Shown here piece by piece: positions 59,058 through 64,000 of a stretch of DNA of 64,000 nucleotides. Positions within the stretch are counted from its first letter, which is position 1. Every line of letters begins with the position of its first letter. This DNA comes from Candidatus Omnitrophota bacterium. GTDB taxonomy: Bacteria; Omnitrophota; Gorgyraeia; 2-01-FULL-45-10. The notes below the pieces were generated by a model that saw only the letters and a program-made list of their open reading frames with translations, was not told the DNA's origin and did not search any database. The stretch lies in assembly GCA_043798375.1 (NCBI GenBank), contig JAZDOS010000029.1:62955-126954 (forward strand), read 5' to 3'. A program made the position numbers and the translations under genes.

Positions 59058-60932
59058 TTAACTCTCGCGAAGCTGTTTTTCGGCGTCGATGACATCGCGG
59101 TTTATCAGCCGGATCGCCTTTTTTATCCTCTGGTCGAGGACGGCCGAGATCGGCGCGTCTTCTATTTCGCGCAAGATCTGTATCGCCATCCTGAAGTAGC
59201 GTATGACCTCGCCTTCATCGGTATCGGTAAGTTCAAGGATCCGCGCGAACTTCATCCCATGCATCCATCCTTCCAGCGCCTTGGCGAGATTGAAATGGGG
59301 AATCTTACTGAAAGGGCGTATCACGTGCCTTGTTTCCTTATGGCGTATTCTTTCGCTGAATGTTTCGCAGATCGACTTAAGGTATTGGCTTGACCTTGAA
59401 AGGGACGGCAGGCGCTGATTTTTGCGGGGCTCAAAGACCGCGGCTGCGGCGATAACGCCCATGCTAATCTCGTCGAGATCCTCAAAAATCCCTCCGTCAT
59501 ACAGCTCGGCAAGCAATAGTTCGTATCCGTAGACGGCCTTGGCGAACTCGCCCTTAGCGGTAAGCCTGCCTTCAGCGATATGCCCCATCTCCTTCAATAA
59601 CGCCAGCTTCGACTCCATCAGCTTCAGGGCCTCCTTCTGCTGGTGCGGCCTCGTCTGGAAATAATGCATCGAGAGGGGATAGATATTGAAGAGTTCTTCC
59701 CTGTATTTCTGGTATAGATTGAGCATGGTAGCGTAAGAGGCGTTAAATTGGCTGGAGACGTTCTCGGGCTTCCCGTAGATTATACGTCTTACCTCTTCAA
59801 GGCGTATCCTTCTTGGATTAATCCTGCTGTAGACGAAACCCTCCTTATCGATACCGCGCCTGCCGGCGCGGCCGGCCATCTGATAGAAGTCGCGCGTTTT
59901 GAGCGTCCTTATGTAACTGCCGTAAAACTTCTTCAACTCATCGAATACGACAGAACGGCTCGGCATGTTAATACCAAGCGCGAAGGTCTCCGTAGTGAAT
60001 ATGACTTTCAAAAGACGGCTCGTGAAGAGCCTTTCAACCGCCTCCTTCAGCGTAGGAAGCATCCCGGCGTGATGAAAGGCGATGCCGCGCTCTATCAAAG
60101 ACCGCATCGCTATAGCGCTCTTCTCGTGCATGAGGTCAAATCGCCGGCAAAGGTTTTCATATAATGAAAGGATTTTGGAACGTTCCGCGGAATCCAGAAA
60201 ATCGTGGTTATACAGCTCCGCCGCCAGATATTCCGCCCGTTTTCTGCCGAAGACAAAATATATGCACGGAAGGCCGTCCTTATATTCGATATACTTTATG
60301 AGTGAATTCGTCCTGTTAGGCTTATGCCCGTGGAATTTACGCAATTTATTGATATCGTCGACGACCTGGTTATTCTCCTGATAGAAGAAGTGGAGGGGAA
60401 CGGGCCTCTCGTTTTCGATTACGACCTTGACCGTCTTCTTATGTATCGATTCGATCCATTTGGCGAACTCGCCGATATTCGGTATCGTCGCGGAGAGGCA
60501 AAGGATATTCATGTGGGCCGGCAGGAATATGAGCGACTCTTCCCACACGGTGCCGCGCTCGGGGTTGTCTATATAATGGACTTCGTCGAATATTATCCAG
60601 GAATATTTCTTCAGGCTTTCCGGCTCGTCGAGGACCTTGTTGCGGAATATCTCGGTAGTCATTATAAGAATGGGGGCGTCGGCATTAAGCGAGACATCGC
60701 CGGTCAGTATCCCGATCGAATCTTTGTAATCGACCGTGAAATCGCGGAACTTCTGGTTCGAGAGCGCCTTGATAGGCGCGGTATAGATGACGCAGGTCTT
60801 ATCCCGAAGGGCGGTCTCGATGACGTGCTCGGCTATGGCGGTCTTGCCCGCGCCCGTAGGGGCAGAGACGATGACCGAGTGGCCGTTATTGATATGCCCG
60901 ATCGCCTCCTCTTGAAACCTGTCGTATACCAT
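59058..60932 (-). CDS. Ski2/HelY-like DExH RNA helicase
   Basis: APTGAGKT, PIKALSNQK, FDEVHY, LSAT, HHAGMLP, TETFALGINMP, QMAGRAGRRG. Confidence 0.93.
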   Translation of the reverse strand: MVYDRFQEEAIGHINNGHSVIVSAPTGAGKTAIAEHVIETALRDKTCVIYTAPIKALSNQKFRDFTVDYKDSIGILTGDVSLNADAPILIMTTEIFRNKVLDEPESLKKYSWIIFDEVHYIDNPERGTVWEESLIFLPAHMNILCLSATIPNIGEFAKWIESIHKKTVKVVIENERPVPLHFFYQENNQVVDDINKLRKFHGHKPNRTNSLIKYIEYKDGLPCIYFVFGRKRAEYLAAELYNHDFLDSAERSKILSLYENLCRRFDLMHEKSAIAMRSLIERGIAFHHAGMLPTLKEAVERLFTSRLLKVIFTTETFALGINMPSRSVVFDELKKFYGSYIRTLKTRDFYQMAGRAGRRGIDKEGFVYSRINPRRIRLEEVRRIIYGKPENVSSQFNASYATMLNLYQKYREELFNIYPLSMHYFQTRPHQQKEALKLMESKLALLKEMGHIAEGRLTAKGEFAKAVYGYELLLAELYDGGIFEDLDEISMGVIAAAAVFEPRKNQRLPSLSRSSQYLKSICETFSERIRHKETRHVIRPFSKIPHFNLAKALEGWMHGMKFARILELTDTDEGEVIRYFRMAIQILREIEDAPISAVLDQRIKKAIRLINRDVIDAEKQLRES

Positions 60933-61129
60933 AGAGTTATTATAGCGTATTATCAGGATTAATTAAATAGCAAATAAAAGGGTCACACCCATTTATTTTC
61001 GCGCTATAAGCTAACTAATTTTTTCGTCTCTCATCGAAGGCGGAACTTTTGTGGTCGCCTTATACATGGCGTTAGCTGGGCGGCTACGGAAGAATACGGC
61101 GGCATGTGAAGCTCCACCGCCTCTCGGCG

Positions 61130-61343
61130 TTGTGCTTCGCGGGATCGCGAAATTTTTCGATCTACTGTAATGTGATGTGGCGACGTGGTGAGCAGGGCCT
61201 GTAAATTTTTGTGGATTGGTCCGCTATAGTTAAATAGCGGCGGCACAAAAATTTACCTGGAGCGAGGCCGCCGCTGGAGCGGCCGAGCGTCCCTGCGAAC
61301 CACTCGACACAGCACATTTGACCGGTGGATCGAAAAATTTCGC
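61130..61343. repeat. Large nested palindromic element, copy 3
   Basis: gcgaaatttttcgatc / gatcgaaaaatttcgc outer arms; inner gtaaatttttgtg / cacaaaaatttac and ccgctat / atagcgg; shares segments with 369-445 and 26940-26967. Confidence 0.85.
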
Positions 61344-61413
61344 TATTCCAATTAAAATGTAGTATACTATTTTCCATGAGCTGCCAGCAGGCGCTTAAGA
61401 AAGAAGGTGCAGG

Positions 61414-62517
61414 GTGAAGAAAAGGATAAGAATAGGCATTCTCACAGCCGGCGGAGACTGCCCCGGAATAAACGCCGTGATCAGGGCGGTGGCGAAGAAA
61501 GCCATTCATGAGATGGATGCCGAGATAATAGGCTTCGAGGACGGCTACGAAGGTTTAGTAAATGACCGACATAGAAAACTTGAGTATAATGATCTTTCAG
61601 GCATCCTCACTGTCGGCGGCACGATACTTGGCACATCGAAGAAAGCGAACCCTTACCGCTACGCCTTTAAAAAAGACGGTAAGCTCGAATTCAAAGACAT
61701 GTCAAAACAAGCGATAAGAAATTACGGGGACCTGGACCTGTCGTGCCTTGTCTGTATCGGCGGCGACGGAACACTCTATGTGGCATCCAAATTATTCAAA
61801 GACGGGATCCCTGTCATCGGCGTGCCTAAGACGATCGACAACGACATAATGGGCACCGACATAACTTTCGGGTTCGATTCCGCCGTGTGGGTAGCGACGG
61901 AGGGGATAGACAGGCTGCACTCCACCGCACAGTCCCACCACAGGGCGATGATCATCGAGGTGATGGGTCATCGCGCCGGATGGCTCGCGCTTTATTCCGG
62001 CATCGCCGGCGGCGGCGACGTCATCCTGATACCTGAGATTCCATACGAGATCGACTTCATTATCAAGAAGGTCCTGGAAAGAAGCAGGAAAGGAAAGAGG
62101 TTTAGTATAATAGTCGTCGCGGAAGGGGCAAAGCCCAAGGGCGGCGGCGTCGTCATCCAGCGCATTGTAAAAGAGAGCTCTGACCCGATCCGCCTGGGCG
62201 GTATCGGATTCATCCTGGGCGATCAGATAGAGAAGGCGACAGGTATCGAAACACGCACGGTCGTGATGGGCCATCTGCAGAGGGGTGGTTCACCCACACC
62301 GTTCGACAGGGTGCTAGCCACCCGGCTCGGAACCAAGGCGGTGGACATGATCAGGGAGAGGGGGTTTGGCTGTATGGCCGGGGTCAGAAAAAACGAAATC
62401 GTTAAGGTCCCACTGAAAGATGTCGCAAAAGGCTATAGAACGGTTCCGCTCGACCATCCCTTGATAAAATCGGCTCTGTCTTTATCAACATCGTTCGGAA
62501 CAAAAAAATTTGCCTGA
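61414..62517 (+). CDS. pfkA: 6-phosphofructokinase (ATP-type residues)
   Basis: GGDCPG.N, GGTILGT, GGDGT, GVPKTIDND, EVMG, GHLQRGG. Confidence 0.95.
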   Translation: MKKRIRIGILTAGGDCPGINAVIRAVAKKAIHEMDAEIIGFEDGYEGLVNDRHRKLEYNDLSGILTVGGTILGTSKKANPYRYAFKKDGKLEFKDMSKQAIRNYGDLDLSCLVCIGGDGTLYVASKLFKDGIPVIGVPKTIDNDIMGTDITFGFDSAVWVATEGIDRLHSTAQSHHRAMIIEVMGHRAGWLALYSGIAGGGDVILIPEIPYEIDFIIKKVLERSRKGKRFSIIVVAEGAKPKGGGVVIQRIVKESSDPIRLGGIGFILGDQIEKATGIETRTVVMGHLQRGGSPTPFDRVLATRLGTKAVDMIRERGFGCMAGVRKNEIVKVPLKDVAKGYRTVPLDHPLIKSALSLSTSFGTKKFA

Positions 62518-62572
62518 TCTTTATCTTTTTATGGTAAAATTAACGAATAAAAGCCTGTGAGAGGGGCAGCCG

Positions 62573-63055
62573 ATGCAAAATGTATTTAATGCCGCCGAAG
62601 TCATTGATATGGGCATTGAGAAAGAGAAGAAGAGGCGCGATTTTTACGCGCTTGCGGCCGCCGCATTCAAGGATAAAGAAGTGAGGGATCTATTCACAAA
62701 GCTCCGCGATTGGGAAGAGCTCCACATAAAGAAATTCATGGAGATCCGCAATGCCATCGAAGAATCTGAAGTTTCCGAAACATACGAGGGTGAATTCGCA
62801 TCATACGTAAAAGCGACGGTAGACGATATTCTGTATAAGCAGGTATCGGCGGAATGGTTCGCGAAATTTGTAAAATCGGAACTCGCGGCGATACAATACG
62901 GCATAGGTTTCGAGAAGGACGCAATCTTGTTTTTTAATGAGCTGTTGAAATACATGAACCCGTACCACAAGGAAAAAGTCCAGGCGCTTATCGATGAGGA
63001 GAAGAAGCACCTGATTTACCTAAGTGAGTTAAGACAAAGATGTGAAGGGAGGTGA
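62573..63055 (+). CDS. Rubrerythrin/ferritin-like protein
   Basis: E.....FY, EELH, EKDAILFF, EEKKH di-iron pattern. Confidence 0.85.
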   Translation: MQNVFNAAEVIDMGIEKEKKRRDFYALAAAAFKDKEVRDLFTKLRDWEELHIKKFMEIRNAIEESEVSETYEGEFASYVKATVDDILYKQVSAEWFAKFVKSELAAIQYGIGFEKDAILFFNELLKYMNPYHKEKVQALIDEEKKHLIYLSELRQRCEGR

Positions 63056-63060
63056 GGAGA

Positions 63061-63252
63061 ATGGCGAAATTTAATTTTGACAGGCCAATGTCTCAAGGAA
63101 GCGGCTCAAAGGCTTCCGTTAGCTCTAGCCAGATCACGGATATGATCAGAAAAAAGGCTTACGAACTCTACGAGAAGAGAGGCAGGAAGCCCGGCCGCAC
63201 GATGGAAGACTGGTTAGAGGCGGAACGTATAATAAAAAAAAGGGCTCTTTAA
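63061..63252 (+). CDS. DUF2934 family protein
   Basis: IRKKAYELYEKRGR.PG...EDWLEAE. Confidence 0.9.
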   Translation: MAKFNFDRPMSQGSGSKASVSSSQITDMIRKKAYELYEKRGRKPGRTMEDWLEAERIIKKRAL

Positions 63253-63263
63253 CGCTTCTTAAT

Positions 63264-63310
63264 AAACCTGGACTCTAGTTAACCCGAATAACCGACGGAG
63301 TCCAGGTTTT
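63264..63310. terminator. Hairpin, possible terminator
   Basis: aaacctggactc / gagtccaggttt followed by T-rich tract. Confidence 0.5.
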
Positions 63311-63335
63311 GTTGTTGAAACCGGAAAATAGTAAA

Positions 63336-63557
63336 GTGAAGATATCTGTAAAGGTAAAACCTAATTCAAAAAAACCCGGCGTCGAGATCGCCGCAAACAA
63401 CGAATACATCCTGCGAGTCAGGGAAAAGGCCCTCGACGGCAGGGCGAATGCCGCCGCAATCAAATTACTTAGCGAATATTCAGGGGTACCGAAAGCCGGG
63501 ATATCTATCATTAAAGGCCATACCTGCAGAAATAAAATCATACGGATTGACAAATAA
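63336..63557 (+). CDS. DUF167/YggU family protein
   Basis: VKVKPNSKK, DGRAN.A.IKLL, I.IIKG.T.RNK. Confidence 0.88.
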   Translation: MKISVKVKPNSKKPGVEIAANNEYILRVREKALDGRANAAAIKLLSEYSGVPKAGISIIKGHTCRNKIIRIDK

Positions 63558-63655
63558 CTAATCTGTGGTATACTAGATACAGATAAGCGCAGAGTAGCGC
63601 GCAGGGGATAAAGATGTCCCTTTTGGCGAAGTAAGGCCAAAAGGGATTTTTTATT
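63547..63655 (+). promoter_or_regulatory. Promoter + ANTAR-type dual-hexaloop leader + intrinsic terminator
   Basis: TTGACA-16-TATACT; P1 gcgc-AGAGTA-gcgc (63587-63600); P2 aggggat-AAAGAT-gtccctt (63603-63622); terminator tcccttttggc / gccaaaaggga + T6 (63617-63652). Confidence 0.75.
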
Positions 63656-63720
63656 GGGACAAGGGCGTTCTATGCCGAAAAACTAACGGCAGATGAACGC
63701 TCTTTTTATTAAACCGATAC

Positions 63721-63761
63721 GACCTACGCGGTGGGACCTACGCGGTCCCACCGCGTAGGTC
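63721..63761. repeat. Perfect 18-bp-stem REP-like palindrome
   Basis: gacctacgcggtgggacc-tacgc-ggtcccaccgcgtaggtc. Confidence 0.85.
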
Positions 63762-63784
63762 AACCAAGGTAATGGTGATGAATT

Positions 63785-64000
63785 ATGGATTTCAGGATAT
63801 TGCTCGAAAAGATAACGCCGGCGCTAAAGTTTATCGCGCGAAAACACCTCCTTACATGTTTTTACGATGAAGGAGACCTTTATCAGGAAATGTGCCTGTA
63901 CTTATGGCGGAATTACGGACACGGGCTTCCGATAGGCATCAATGAGTCTTATGTAATCAAAGGCTGCGAATTCCATATACAGAATTTCCTGAGGAAAGGA
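63785..64000 (+). CDS. sigma70-family sigma factor, 5' part (runs off window end)
   Basis: MDFRILLEKITPALKFIARK......DEGDLYQEMCLYLW... resembles region 2 (DL.QE..L.LW). Confidence 0.65.
   Translation, partial: MDFRILLEKITPALKFIARKHLLTCFYDEGDLYQEMCLYLWRNYGHGLPIGINESYVIKGCEFHIQNFLRKG

Overview
A 64-kb, mostly + strand chromosomal segment from an anaerobic PVC-superphylum bacterium, most likely Candidatus Omnitrophota. This is inferred from the PVC small basic signature protein, the many stand-alone PilZ proteins and a group 4 [NiFe]-hydrogenase. Core content: thiC (3' end), a PemK/MazF toxin-antitoxin pair next to a split yjbQ, tRNA-Gly(CCC), thyA-HIT-dgt, a UvrD-nuclease fusion, aroB, exeA/gspB-like genes, six PilZ-domain genes, panD, def, a cold-shock gene, GAF-ANTAR + nadE, a ~20-kb co-oriented energy cluster (KimA-like K+ transporter, H+-PPase, 12-gene membrane hydrogenase, F1Fo ATP synthase), a Ski2-like helicase, pfkA and the start of a sigma factor. 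No CRISPR array, rRNA, integrase or transposase is visible. The most interesting signals are non-coding. (1) A family of tiny CCCCG...CGGGG inverted-repeat elements with 4-bp TNAR duplications sits on start/stop codons and rebuilds them, in two cases also supplying a Shine-Dalgarno. (2) A dual-hexaloop ANTAR-type antiterminator leader precedes the sigma factor gene. (3) A tRNA gene appears to lie in-frame inside the N-terminus of an M23 lipoprotein. (4) A family of large, nested, multi-branched palindromic elements recurs, with an apparently flipped central loop in one copy. All calls were made by eye, with no database searches.
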